DNA of 63,187 bases, counting the filler, from Folioceros fuciformis (taxonomy: Eukaryota): assembly GCA_049999805.1 (NCBI GenBank). It is 3 parts of 2 records of this genome, joined end to end, with 100 filler letters (N's around TTAATTAATTAA, not from the genome) between each part and the next. Parts side by side here need not be neighbours in the genome. Positions count along the whole stretch, not along the records: positions 1 to 14,327 come from JBNGIO010005954.1; 2 more parts are not named here. One strand, written 5' to 3'. Shown here piece after piece: positions 1 to 12,200 of the stretch (the stretch's first letter is position 1; each line of letters starts with the position of its first letter). The position numbers and the translations under genes are program-made. A model generated the notes under the pieces. That model was not told the origin of the DNA. It was given only the letters and a program-made list of their open reading frames with translations, and made no database searches.

Positions 1-195
1 GAGTTTAACACAATGAGGCTATAGTCCTGATGAGCCCTTTCTTGTTCGTGCTCTGCCCTCCATCACACTCTTCCTAGATACCTTTTTAGTTAATTTATAA
101 CCTGTAAATTACAAGTAAACAAAACTAAAGAGGTTATAGTGCATGTACCGGAGTTTGCAAAACCATAGTTTCTGCTTTACCTGGTCCTTAGCTTT

Positions 196-1140
196 ATGAC
201 CTTTGGTCTAGTTACTGCCATTGACTCCATAATCCATGGCCTGCAAAGTCTAAGCCTGAACTCAGTAGCAACTGTCAGTATGGCGACTACTATTGCACCT
301 AAGGCCACATATACATCAGAGTTGAAGGAAAAAGACCGTTTTAACGGTACCAAATACCCTGTATGGCGTATTCGCATGAAAGCTACCTTGACAGCTCNNN
401 NNNNNNNNNNNNNNNNNNNNNNNNNNNNNNNNNNNNNNNNNNNNNNNNNNNNNNNNNNNNNNNNNNNNNNNNNNNNNNNNNNNNNNNNNNNNNNNNNAAT
501 TCCTAACCAATGCTTCAGAGATATGGGATCAACTAGAGAAGACATATCAAGTTAAAAATGTGTTAACTTTGTGCGCTTTGAAGCACGAATTCTACAATCT
601 ACGTATGAGAGAGGGAGAGAAAGTTGCTGTATTCACAAGCAAATTCAGACATTTGAGGGCACAGATCACTTCGTTAACTGGCATTCCGATGTCTGAGGTT
701 GATTCTATTGCCGAATTACTGACCAGACTCCCTCCTTCCTACCAGACCTTTGTGACCAGCCAGAATGGCCCAATACGCCATGCAAGTGCTTCTGTTGCCT
801 TTGGAAGTACAAGCACAGTCACATTAGAAGATGTGATTGGGGCTCTGTACCAGGAAGAACAAAGCAGAACATTTTCTCAGACTGTTCCTAAGAACAGATC
901 AGAAAAAATACTGGCCATTAACCAAAGGGTTTTTAGAGGAAAGGGAAAAATGCCTGCAAACTCTCATAATAGACCTCCTGCAACAGTTAAGCGCCCTGGA
1001 AATTGCAATTGGTGTGGAATTGCAGGAGGAAGAAAGCAGGCGAGCCGCAGCGTACACAGAAGAGTGATGCAGCTGCATTAGCCAAATCTAAAACACAAGG
1101 TGACACTAAGTCAGTAGTGAAGATACTTACTGTTAGTTTG
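196..1140 (+). mobile_element. Ty1/copia gag remnant (truncated, crosses an N gap)
   Basis: ELKEKDRFNGTKYPVWRIRMKATL and LRMREGEKVAVFTSKFRHLRAQ are copia gag motifs; partial zinc knuckle GNCNWCGIAG. Closely similar to the gag at 52125-52523 and 56570-57046. Confidence 0.9.
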
Positions 1141-1528
1141 GCACGTACTTTTTGACGCGGTATTGAGATAACGCAGATCAATTAATATAATTGCATCTTA
1201 CATATATTAAAGAAAGGTAAGTGCTTATGCAGAAAAGCAAACTAAAACTAAAAACCTGAAAAGGTATGACTGTTCATCTAAAGGACGTAACCCTAATGAA
1301 AGGGTAAGCTGATATAACTTAACTTAATGTACTTAACTACTTAACATGCTGATAACACACTAACAACCCTTATTTCGTCACTTAACTCCCTCATACCTCC
1401 CTGCATGCACTAAGATGAGCTGACAGTAGCTCAAGACTAGGAATCTAGATTGTCATTCTTGGAGTGTCACTTAGAACACCCCCCTTCTTCCCCTTGGACA
1501 GGGTTTCCCCTGGACAGCAAGCCTACTC

Positions 1529-1594
1529 CCTCTCAGCCCTAGCCGGATCTCCTCTCAGCCCCAGCCGGATCTCCTCTTAGCCCCAACAGGATCT
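1529..1594 (+). repeat. 22-bp tandem repeat x3 (CCTCTCAGCCCYAGCCGGATCT, third copy degenerate)
   Basis: Read directly from the sequence. Confidence 0.85.
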
Positions 1595-1899
1595 GGAACT
1601 CGGACCCACTGCTATGACCAGAGGCACCCAGAACACCACACCGACTGACACTTCCACTGCTTCTATTGCTGCTCATTCTTTACATCCAGAAGGTACTCCT
1701 GCAACGTGTCCGAACCTGCCCCAACCGCTGACAGTTGAGATGTGCTGATTGTTGAAGGCGCATCTCACCGCTGCATACGGCCCCCATCCAATTGCACACA
1801 TCGCTACCATGGGGCCCATATTCTTCCCTGGACACCAGCCCCCGCTTCACACTGCCCTGATTCAGCACCCCTCCACAACGCTATCAGAGCCCTTCGCCA

Positions 1900-4600
1900 T
1901 CACCTGCCTTTGGACCTGGCCGTTTGCCGAGCACCCGTGCCTGCCTGGATCCGCTTGCAACCACCCCTGCTAGCCGACCAACCGATCAACCCGGCCACCT
2001 GCCTGGCTGCTTGGATCCAATTGCCAAACCCTTGCCTGGCCTGCCACCCACCTCAATCCAACATGTTCGCCAGCCCGCTGCATTCCAGCCTGCCTGGTCA
2101 GCTGGTCTGGATCCTGCCGCCTACTGGGATGCGCGGCCTGGACCCTACCTGCTATCAAGCCGGGATGGCTACTGGGCTAGGCTCTTCAGCAACCCGCCAC
2201 CAACAAGCATACCCCCCCAGTCATCAGCCGCCTATCTGCCCGTAGCCAAATCGGGCTGCCTGCGCTACTGGTTGCCTGCCTACAGCCCGACTGTGCTGCT
2301 GGGCAGCCTACCTGCTAGCATGCCTCCCCCGGATCTAGCCACCTGCAGCCAGTCGCCTGCTCGCCAAGCGACTGCGATCGCCAACTTGCCTGGATCCGAG
2401 CAGCCCGTTACGACGATCCGGCGCTAGCCGCTTGCCACCTTCTAGATCTGGCAGCTGCTGAGCCGCCTGCCAGCTCCCCGACCTGGCCCCGGCTGCCTAC
2501 CTCCAACCTTCTGGGCCACCCAGCCAGACCAGCTAGCCTAGCAGTCGGGCCGCTTGCTCAAAGGCCGCCTGTGCCCCGCCTGCTAGATGCCTGGCCAGAT
2601 CCGGCCAACCAGCCCCATGATCCAGCGTGCTAGACTAATCCTGNNNNNNNNNNNNNNNNNNNNNNNNNNNNNNNNNNNNNNNNNNNNNNNNNNNNNNNNN
2701 NNNNNNNNNNNNNNNNNNNNNNNNNNNNNNNNNNNNNNNNNNNACTAATCCTGGCACCTGCCTGCTTGGGGCGCCGGTCGCCTGGATGCCAGCGCCCACC
2801 TCTGATCGGCCTGGACGGCTGCCCGCCCCAGCTTGCCTCGTCCTGCCTCAATCCCGCTGAGTCCGATTCCGCGCAATCCGGATCTGCCACCGCCTGTCTA
2901 GATCCGATCCTCTGCAGCCTAGAATCCGGCCATCTGCCAGGCCACATGCCAACCACTTCAAGTAGGCCTACCTGCTAGCAACCACACCGGGCTGGGCTAG
3001 CCGCTGGTGGCTGGGCTGCCTGCCTTCGTCTGGCTAGTCTGCTGCTGCCGCCAGCCCACCGTCGCTTGACGATCCCGCCAAGCGCCTTATTGCCAAACCC
3101 CCACCTATCTGGTCACCAGCCACCATGAGGTGGCCTCGCTCTGGCAGCGCCCACCTACCCCCTGCCTTGCCGACCAGCCCGGCCGCCCAGACACCAGACG
3201 GTTGCCTGCCTAGATGGGGTGGACTGGCCAAGCAACCAGGTCGACTATCCTCAGCTGCCGCCAGACTGCCCCTTTTGCCCCTGGCTTCGGCCTGGCTCTG
3301 CCAACCTCCTACTGCTCACCCCGCCTGGATCCGCCAGCTTCTGGGCTGCCTACTCTGCTGGGTCGCCGGCCACTTGCTTGCCTGGCTGCCTAGATCTGGT
3401 CGCCACCTGCCTAGCCTGGATTCGGCTGCTGCTAAGCAGCTGGCCTCTACGGAGCTAGCCCCCTGCCATGTTGCCTGCAAGGCCTGGCTGCTCCTCAACT
3501 TGTAGGCAGCCCGCAAGCTTGGCTGCTCCTCAGCAGCCTTGCCAGCCTTGCCGGTCGCCTATCTAGCTAAGCCGACTGGAGCCGACTAGCCAGCCGGCAT
3601 GGATCCACCATCTGGGTGCGGCCCAGCCCCTTGCCATCCAGCTGTGACCAGCGGCCTGCCCCGCCTCGCTCAGCTCCGGCAGCAGGCCTGGAGCCCTGCA
3701 CATCTGTGCCCAGCCATCCCTATGCTGGGCTCTGACCCTTGCGCGCAGGTCCTGCAGCCAGTACTCTCCCTGCCTACCAGGATTTAGCCCCGATCCGCCT
3801 CAGCCAACCTGGCTAGCTAACCAGCCGGGGCTCCCGGATCGGCCCGCTAACCAGTTTGCCACCTGCCGGCTGCCTGCCTGCGCCGGTGCTGGGCGGCTTG
3901 CCAGCAGCCGGACCGGGCTGCCCACTTGGCTGGCTGGAGTGCCTTGCTTCCTGCCTGGTTGACCCAGCCGCGATCCAGCCAGCTGCCAGGATGCACGTCC
4001 CCTGCAGCGGCTGGGATCCAGCCTGCCAGCCTACATGGTTTGGATCCAAACGCCCCCCGCCTAGCCGATTCACCCAGGCCGCCTGCTGGCTCCAGCCCAC
4101 AGCCTGCTCGGAGCCAAAGAATACCCAGGGGAAGCAGAGCTGAGAATACCCGCGTAGGGCATGGCCCCCATGTAAGCCGAGGATACGAGACTAGTGTGCT
4201 CGGTGCACGTACTCCTGAACATCCCTGCATTTTGCATACCGTGCAACCATAGTATTCCCGCTCCCGCGCTAATGTGCCCTTGTGAACCTTGTCTAGCTGG
4301 TGCACCAGGAGTAGGGCCCGACATCCCCATCTCCGCTCCAGGAGCCCTGACTCACCCTTCACACACGCAGACCTAGGGTTCCACCTTCACACGCAGAGAC
4401 CCAGGGTTCCACGCATATATGGACACCCTAACTAGAGGAACCTAGACCTACCTACCACACTTCCTACTTAGACCCTATTCACTAACCACTAATCTAGCCT
4501 AATCTTCTAACCACTTCTCCACGAAATCCAATTAGAAACCCAAAAAAAAACAAACACTACCATTTTCCAGGGAATCTGTTCGTCATGTGGAGTCGACACA
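1900..4600 (-). mobile_element. Long GC-rich LTR fragment of the Athila-like family (left boundary approximate)
   Basis: Right end CATTTTCCAGGGAATCTGTTCGTCATGTGGAGTCGACACA matches the end of the solo LTR at 46449 and the reverse complement of the LTR start at 18559. Same C-rich degenerate GGATC/CTAGC/CCTGCC interior. Confidence 0.75.
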
Positions 4601-6917
4601 GGTCTTGCGGATTCGTCCCCCTCACCACCAACCGCGGAGCAATGTTCACGACACTCCCTAGGCCACACTCGGAAACAATAGGAGAAGCATCCCCTATGGA
4701 TCCTCACTTGCAAACGATACGCCCTGGTCCCTCCTACTCCCACACGCACATGGATAGTAAGGTTAAGTACATGGTCTCCATTCACATAAAGACCAGGAAT
4801 ATAAGACTCCTTATCCATATGCTTTAATACAATATGGCCTCCTCCTGCAGATGAGGTGCTTACCCCCTCCTCCCGTGGGCTACCCCTGATTGTTTGCTCT
4901 ATGCTCTCCATGGGTGTTGGGGGGCCTCTTGTCCCTCTGGCTGCCATTGTCTCCAGTCCAGTCCTCCTGGCACGGGTAGGCATTCCAACCACCCCAGTTG
5001 CTGGTTCCACAACTGTCGCTACTTCCCTGACCACGATAGGGCTTCCCTCTACTGATGTCATCTCTCCCTTAGGTACCGGCTTTTGCTACCTCGGTCGTGG
5101 ACATGTTGCTCCGTTTGACTTTCCCTTTCCCCTTGACCCGGCTCTGGGCCTCATCTCGTTCTCGTTTGTAACAGTCCGCGAGCTTCTAGACCTTCTCCAC
5201 AACAGCGGTCTCTTGTTCCTGTGCCCGCAGCAACTCTTGCTGCATTTCTTGATTCGCTTCGTGTACCTCCTTAACTTGGATCAGGAGCAGTTCCTGCTGA
5301 TCCTTCATGACCTGCACTTCTTCCTGGGCCCGGCGTAATTCTTCCTATACCTGTGCTTTCACTGTGTCCAGAGCCTGTTGGGCTTCCTCTAACTATTCCC
5401 ACCTTGCCTCCTCTTCAATCAGCTTGGCCTGCGCCTCCTCCTCTCGCTGTCCCTGCATACTCAGCCAGGTAAGCGCCAGTGCAGTGTGATCCACCATCTC
5501 TGCTTATGCTTGGATCATGGCCACTTTCAGGCCCAGTAAGTCCACTTGTTGAGGGGCTGCGCCAGTAGCCATCCCTCTGTCCAGAATCCTTTTCCCCAAC
5601 AAGGTGCGCACTCTCGAATCCCTAATCCGCGAGACCTGCAGGCGCGGGAGGTCCCTCCTCCCTTATTCTCCGAGTTACTAGTCGTGTCCAGAATTTGAGT
5701 GTGTGTGCAGGAGTACCTTCCGGTTGAGATCCCCGCACTGCCAAGGAGGGTAGTGTACGCGGGAAGCTCCTAAGAGGGTCGAGAACACTACTCCGCAGTT
5801 GGTGGTGAGGGGGACGAATCCGCAAAACCCGTAGGAGGGACTAGGGCCTATTGTCTACAAGTGAGGACCTGCAAGGGATGCTTCTCCTATTGTTTCCGGT
5901 TGTGAGGGGTAATCCCCTATTATTCGGAGGCAATTTTGAAGGAGCTCACCAAGGAAGAGGCATAGGCCTGGTGGAGCAGGAACCAGTGATGGTCCTTAGC
6001 AACAGGCGACCAGGGGGAGGAGAGGGCTCCCCGCGGACCCCACCCATGCCTAGCTAGGAGAGGTCAGACAATAGTGAAAGCAAGGTAGAGGTTTTATGGG
6101 AAGACTTGCCTTACTAGTAGAGGGGGAGGAGAGCCCAAGGGTTTGGCGGCCAAGGAAGGAGGACATGAAGGGCGGATAGGAGGCGAGCGCGGTGCTGAAA
6201 TAGGCCAAGATTTATTGCATCTTAAAATAGAGCTTAAGATAAGATTTGATAAAGATGTTGTCTTGGACCTGATGCTGCCCGCAATTAAGGGCACTCTGCA
6301 AATTGACCATTTTAGACCAGACTTTATGGCGGGCTGTGGCTCCTGCTATGAAAAATAAAGAGGCCTGTTAGCNNNNNNNNNNAAAAAGCCTCTATTATGC
6401 TTCATGAACTCATACATATAGGAGCGGGGAGCTTCTTGCCAAGAAGGGCGCCCGCAACTGTAGTTTGTTTCAAATCTTGGTATCTCGGGTTAAATTAACC
6501 TATATCCTAAAGAGGGTTAGTCCTAGGGTTAAGATTAGGTTTTATACTTAACCCCGTCTTACTGCTCACTATACCTATTTATCCTTACTTAATCCCGCTA
6601 GATATGGATAAACTATAAACGAGTCTGAACCTGGTGAGGTTCCCACTGCCGTGTTCCTAGCAGCTAGGGCAGCTCCGTTACCAGGTGACCTACTGACTGA
6701 TGGACGCAAGGGGCCAACTTGTCGTCTTGTTTCACGTCGTGTCCGGAACTTGAGTGTGTGTGCAGGAGTACCTTCCGGTTGAGATCCCCGTGCTGCCAAG
6801 GAGGGTAGCGTGAGCGGAAAGCTCATAGAAGGGGTCGAGAACGCTACTCCACGGCTGGTGGTGAGGGGGACGAATCCGCAGAACCGGCGGGCATGGGAGG
6901 TCTCGCCTCCCTTATTC
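4601..6917. repeat. Three copies of a permuted repeat: 4601-4662 (inverted, partial), 5624-5829 (b-a), 6736-6917 (a-b)
   Basis: Segment a (GTCGTGTCC...TGGTGGTGAGGGGGACG) and segment b (AATCCGC...CCTCCCTTATTC) align by eye in swapped order. 4601-4662 is the reverse complement of the end of a. Confidence 0.85.
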
Positions 6918-7145
6918 CCCAAACTGACTGCCGCATTCCGAAATTTTGATTGAGGAAGCACATGAGCGAGGATGAAAGAGTGAGACGAGTGAGTTGGATG
7001 AGTTGTGTGAGTGACCTGAAAAGAGAAGAGAAGAAGAAGAGGAGANNNNNNNNNNNNNNNNNNNNNNNNNNNNNNNNNNNNNNNNNNNNNNNNNNNNNNN
7101 NNNNNNNNNNNNNNNNNNNNNNNNNNNNNNNNNNNNNNNNNNNNN

Positions 7146-7947
7146 AGTGGGTGGTCATTGAACGCAATGCAAGGTGAGAAGAAGGAGACTGAGATGGAGA
7201 CGATGAACTAGCTAAACTAACGGGAACCGAACGAGATTGCTGAGAGATTGAGGAAGATTGTGAAAGATTGCTAGAGATTGGAGGTGATTTCTAGAAGATT
7301 TCTGAGAGATTTCTGGGCGTTTGTGGGAGGTTGTTGAAGCTTGTTGGAGATTGGAGAGGATTGTGGAGGATTGTTAAGAGATTGTGGGGGATTTTTGGAC
7401 ATTGCCAGAGGATTGGAGGCCTTCGGCACCAGGTTTGTGAAGAGCGAGGGTGCATCAGAGTTTTCCATGTGTGGAGAGACTCGAGTGTGTGCGTGAGGAA
7501 GAGTAGCTAATCGGAGGGGTCTTGTCCTCCAAGGATCGGTATTTGCGCATGTGGAAAACATCTAATAAGACCAGATTTGTAAGCCTAGAAGCCCTAGGCA
7601 GAAACCCGTGGTGGAAACCCGCGATGATGCATGCGAAACAAAATTGTTAGTTAGGGTTTTTGATGGGACCCACCATGATCGTGGGGACCACTACTGGTCG
7701 CGGAACCAGTGACCACGGTCATAGAGTAGGGTCCGCGGTAGCTGGGCTGACTAGGGGTAGTGGTAGGAAGCTAGTAAGTAGTAGGGATGGTAGTGGACGA
7801 GCCCCGACCTGGGCAAGAGTTAGTAGTAGTAGAAGCCCACGTTACTTGGCACAAATCATTCCCTTGGGAGCAAATCATATGACTACAATGACATAGAGGG
7901 TGAATGTGGACCTCATAGTGTCTCCAAACACAAAATTTCACTCCACA
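7146..7947 (+). mobile_element. 3' portion of an Athila-like family LTR
   Basis: TTGGCAC..ATCATTCCCTTGGGA...AATGTGGACC...ACTCCACA matches 21890-21994; GATTGGAG-type repeats are shared. No PBS follows. Confidence 0.75.
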
Positions 7948-8954
7948 AGAAGTCACTAGCCTTGAGGTGGTTTTCTCTTTGCTAGACGGAAGTGTTGTTG
8001 GGAGTGAGAGGACTTGGGGCCCAATCAGTGAAACATGAAGACAAATAAGAGCCTGGGTGAGACAGAGGTATAGGTGGATTCCACTCCCACCCCACCAGTG
8101 CTAGAGAGGGTCCCAAGCAGGAGAAGATGGAATTTTTGTGTCTTGCTGGACAAGTGTCACCCAAGGATCTGTGGAACTTCCGTCCCTATGCTGTTGATCC
8201 GGATATTAGGATGGAATGGCTCTACGGACGGTACTGGTCCTATGCCCCACCCTAGGATGGCAGGGGAGTGCCTCTGACAGATGCAATTATAGGAGGAAGA
8301 TAAATCCGACTTGGAGGTTTGCGACGTCGGGACGGATCCTAAGAGTTGTATAGTCCAGCACATACGGAAGGTTTATGGGCTGCCAACAGATGAGGAAGGT
8401 GAAGCCACCTTCTTGGAGAAGTGTCAGGATGGCCGGAGGGCTGTGGCAGGGGAAGCCCTGGAGGAAGCTCACCCAATGATGAAGGGTGAGGAAGATGCTA
8501 AGAGCCAACATGTTGGAAGACGGAGAGATTGGCAGAGCCCAAATGGAAACTCTTCACTAAGGTTGTGCTATCCTTGATGTGTAGTCCTAGGACTACCTAC
8601 TTTTCTAACACGTTTTTCCATTTTCTATGGAAGGTGAAACAAGGCACTCGGCCAGATTGGGGAGCAGTTAGGCTCTCAACCTACGAGCATCATCGGGACA
8701 AGCTTCTCCGTCCCAACCATCAAGATGTGGGAGGCTCTCAACATACCTATTTGAGCACCTACTTTGTGCATCTTTGGGAAGCACACGGGTTGCCGTCTGC
8801 AGAAGAGCTAGAAGAGGATCACCAACCTTTTGAGGTGGTACCTCTCTAGGATGGGGTGCGGGACCCTAAGCCTCAAGGGAAGACCAAGGGGAAGTGTATA
8901 GGATACACTAGCAAAAAGGGTTCAAGTGCAGGGAGAGAGTTGAGGGGTGGTCCT

Positions 8955-9224
8955 TGTAGGGTTATTAAAGCCCAATGTGCTTAGACTAATGTGTTTAGTC
9001 TAAGATTAGTGTATAGTTAAGTATCATTTGTTTAGACTAGCTTAAGTTAATCTGTCGCAAGCTTCTTGCGCAGCTTCCTGTGCGCTTCTTGTGAAGCTTC
9101 CTTGGAAGCTCTTCTAAAGGGTATAAATACTCCCTTGAGCTCCCTTGCAATACAGACACTGAGAGTGTAAGACCTCTCTTTCTCTTCTCCTCCTTCACCA
9201 TGTGGCTCCTCTAGCGATCCTTCA
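8955..9224 (+). repeat. 5' LTR of copia element
   Basis: TG...CA ends, TATAAATA box, aligns to 15979-16566; followed by GCGTATCAGAGC (two mismatches to TGGTATCAGAGC). Confidence 0.93.
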
Positions 9225-12200
9225 GAGCGTATCAGAGCGTGGGTGTGGAGAATGATGGTGATGTCCGTATGTGCTGCGGACAAGATGAAGAAGGCTCCGG
9301 AGTGAAGGCACCATCGGAGTCAGGAAGGATCTGGAGTGAAGGCAGCATTGGAGTGAGCAGGGGCCGTGTGCGGCCACTCTACTGCCCGGGGTGTAGGAGG
9401 CTCGAGCCCCGCTGTGCCGCAGTAGCGGGAGGTCGCCGCCATGCCACCTTGCAGCGCGGGGTGCCTGCCCTAGGAGCAGGGCGACACCAGGCCTCAAGGC
9501 GTGGGGCGCCCAGGCCAGAGAACAAGCGCAAGGCGCAAGGGGCGTCGAGCTGTGCCAGGCGCGGCAGGCGCTAGGGCCGCGGGCAGGTAGCCAGGCCCCC
9601 CGGCCGTCCCGTTGCGGGGGTGCCAGAGGCGCTAGGCGGTATCAGGAGGCACCAAGCCCTCTGGGCACCGTGGGCGCCAGGCCCCCAAAGGCGCCGAAGC
9701 GTCGGAGCACGAATGCGGGGAATGCCGAGGAGCTGGGCGCTAGAGCGCGGGCGCGGGCGCCGGGTGCCGAGGCGCAGTCGACGTGGGCGCAAATGCCGAG
9801 GCACGGGCACCAAGGCATGGAACGACGCGAGCGCGGACCAGCCAGAGTCCTAGCCGCGTAGCGGCCAGATTTTGATTGGAGGATTTAGGCATGTCGTGTC
9901 GGCCTCAATTGTGGACAGCCGATTTGGAACGAGGTGTGAGGGTAACTATCAAAATCTACATTACATTCCGACTGTTTCTAACTAGCCTTTTGTTTGATTT
10001 GCATCGATTTTGTATCATGACGTCCTCAAAAAACGTCATGTTCAATGTCGAGAAGTTAGACGGTACTAACTTCCCGTTCTAGAAAGAACAAGTGTATAAT
10101 GTTCTAGTGCAGAAGAAGCAAATCAAGCCCAAAAAGTTGTTAGGAGTGAAACTTATTAGCATGACTCAGGATGAGTGGCAGGATCTAGATGAGCTTGCTA
10201 GATCTATCATCATGCTAACATTGTTGAAGTCGGTCTACTTCAATGTAAAAGACAAGACCACAAGTTACGAGCTATGGCAGAAGTTGTATGACCTATATGA
10301 GAAGCAAAGTGCGGCGTCTCAAGTGTACTAGTTGAAACAACTGGTGGACTTGAAGATGAAGGAAGGGATGAAAATGTTCAATCATCTGAATGAGTTCAAT
10401 ACCATTTTCAGCCAGCTCTCATCTCAAGGTATCTCGTTCCCATATTCCGTGAGAGCTATGTTTCTGTTGGTCACATTACCAGAGAGTTGGGACACCTTTT
10501 GTACAGCTCTGAGTAATTCCGCTTCTACTAGTGGTCTCACCATCGTAAATGTAGAAGGTAGCCTGTTAACAGAAGAGGTGAACAGGAAGAATATGGAACC
10601 TTCAAAAGGCTCCAATGCCCTCATGGTTAGAGGAAGGTCCACTTCAAAGAGGAAGTACAAGGAGCGAAGCCTTTCCCGTAGCAAATCTCGTAGTCGTAAC
10701 AATGTTGAGTGTTACCATTGTCACAAAAAGGGTCACATTAGAAGGGACTGCGAGAAGTTCAAGAAGGTCAAAGGGAAGGAGAAGAAGCAGAGCTACATGA
10801 AGGCAAGTCCGAGTATCAAGCCTGATAAGGTGAATTCTGTCGATGATGGAGATGTTCTTATCTCTTCTTCCTTCAATTCTGCACAATTGACAACCGTGGA
10901 TAGTCACTTATTCTCTAATTGGATAATTGACTCTGGAGCATCTTTCCATGTTGCTCCGCATAGGGAGTGGTTTAGCACCTATGATGCTACTAGAAAAGGA
11001 TGTGTTCGGCTTGGAAATAACTACGCATGCGAGATTGCAGGCATTGGTGATGTGCAGCTGAAGTTTGACAACGGATCTTCATTCATACTGAAGGATGTTA
11101 GGCATGTTCCGAAGTTGACAAAAAGCATGATTAGCATAGGGCAGTTGGATGACGCTGGCGACCATTGTTGGTTTGGGTATCATTCTTGGAAGATCTCTAA
11201 AGGTTCTCTTATGTTAGCTCGTGGATCGAAGTGTGGCACTTTGTACTCACTTCAAGTAACCAATGTCAAGGATCATGTGATTTGTGTAACGGAACAGCCA
11301 AGTGTTTCCTTGTGACATTATCGGTTAGAACATATGTCTCAAAAAGGAATGAAGATTTTATCTCGTTTTGGTTACGTCCCTGTTTTTTACTTCTCCGATT
11401 TCTCCGTGTGTGAGCACTGTTTGTATGGGAAACAAATGAAGTCACAACATGGAGCAAGAGGTAAACACAAAAAAAAATCTCTTGAATTGGTTCACAGTGA
11501 CGTTTGTGGACCTATGCCCATTGTATTATTAGATGGTGCATCCTATTTTGTCACTTTCATAGATGATTTCTCACACAAGGTGTGGGTTTATCCTTTGAGG
11601 AAAAAGGATGATGTTCTAACACTGTTTCAGAAATTCGTCACCCTTGTGGAGAATTAGTCTAGCCTCCAACTCAAGTATTTGAGGACAAACAATGGGGAAG
11701 AGTACGTTTCGAACGCTTTCCAGTCATTCTGTGATTCTAAGGGAATTAAGAGAGAATTGACTGTCTTGTATACTTCTCCCCAGAATGGTGTGGCTGAACG
11801 GATGATCAAGACCATTCAGGAGAGGATGCATAGTTTGTTGTCAAACTTTGGATTGCCTGACGGAGTTTGGGCAGAAGCATTGTCTACTGCGGTGCATCTT
11901 ATTAACAGATCTCCTAATAAGGCTGTGGATGAGCAGGTTCCAGAGGAGATGTGGTCTGGAAAGAAGCTGTCTTACAAGCATCTATGAGTGTTTGGCTGCG
12001 AGGCATACTGCCATGTTCCAAAGGAGTTTCGGGACAAGTTGGCACCCAAGTCCAAAAAATGTATTTTTCTTGGCTATGGTGACTTTGGAGAGATGGGATA
12101 CCGTTTGTGGGATCCAGAAGCTACGAGGGTTGTTCGCAACAATGACGTGCTCTTTAATGAGACCAAGATGCACAAGAATCCTACTCCAACTATGGAGGTG

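Noticed and set aside
1680..4376. Many overlapping Pro/Ala/Trp-rich ORFs (also 18700-20700 and 44500-46300)
   Set aside because: By-products of GC-rich LTR sequence; they occur on all frames and show no domain motifs.
4609..4630. GGATTCGTCCCCCTCACCACCA as a tRNA 3' end or tRNA gene
   Set aside because: No cloverleaf or A/B boxes upstream; it is part of the permuted repeat.
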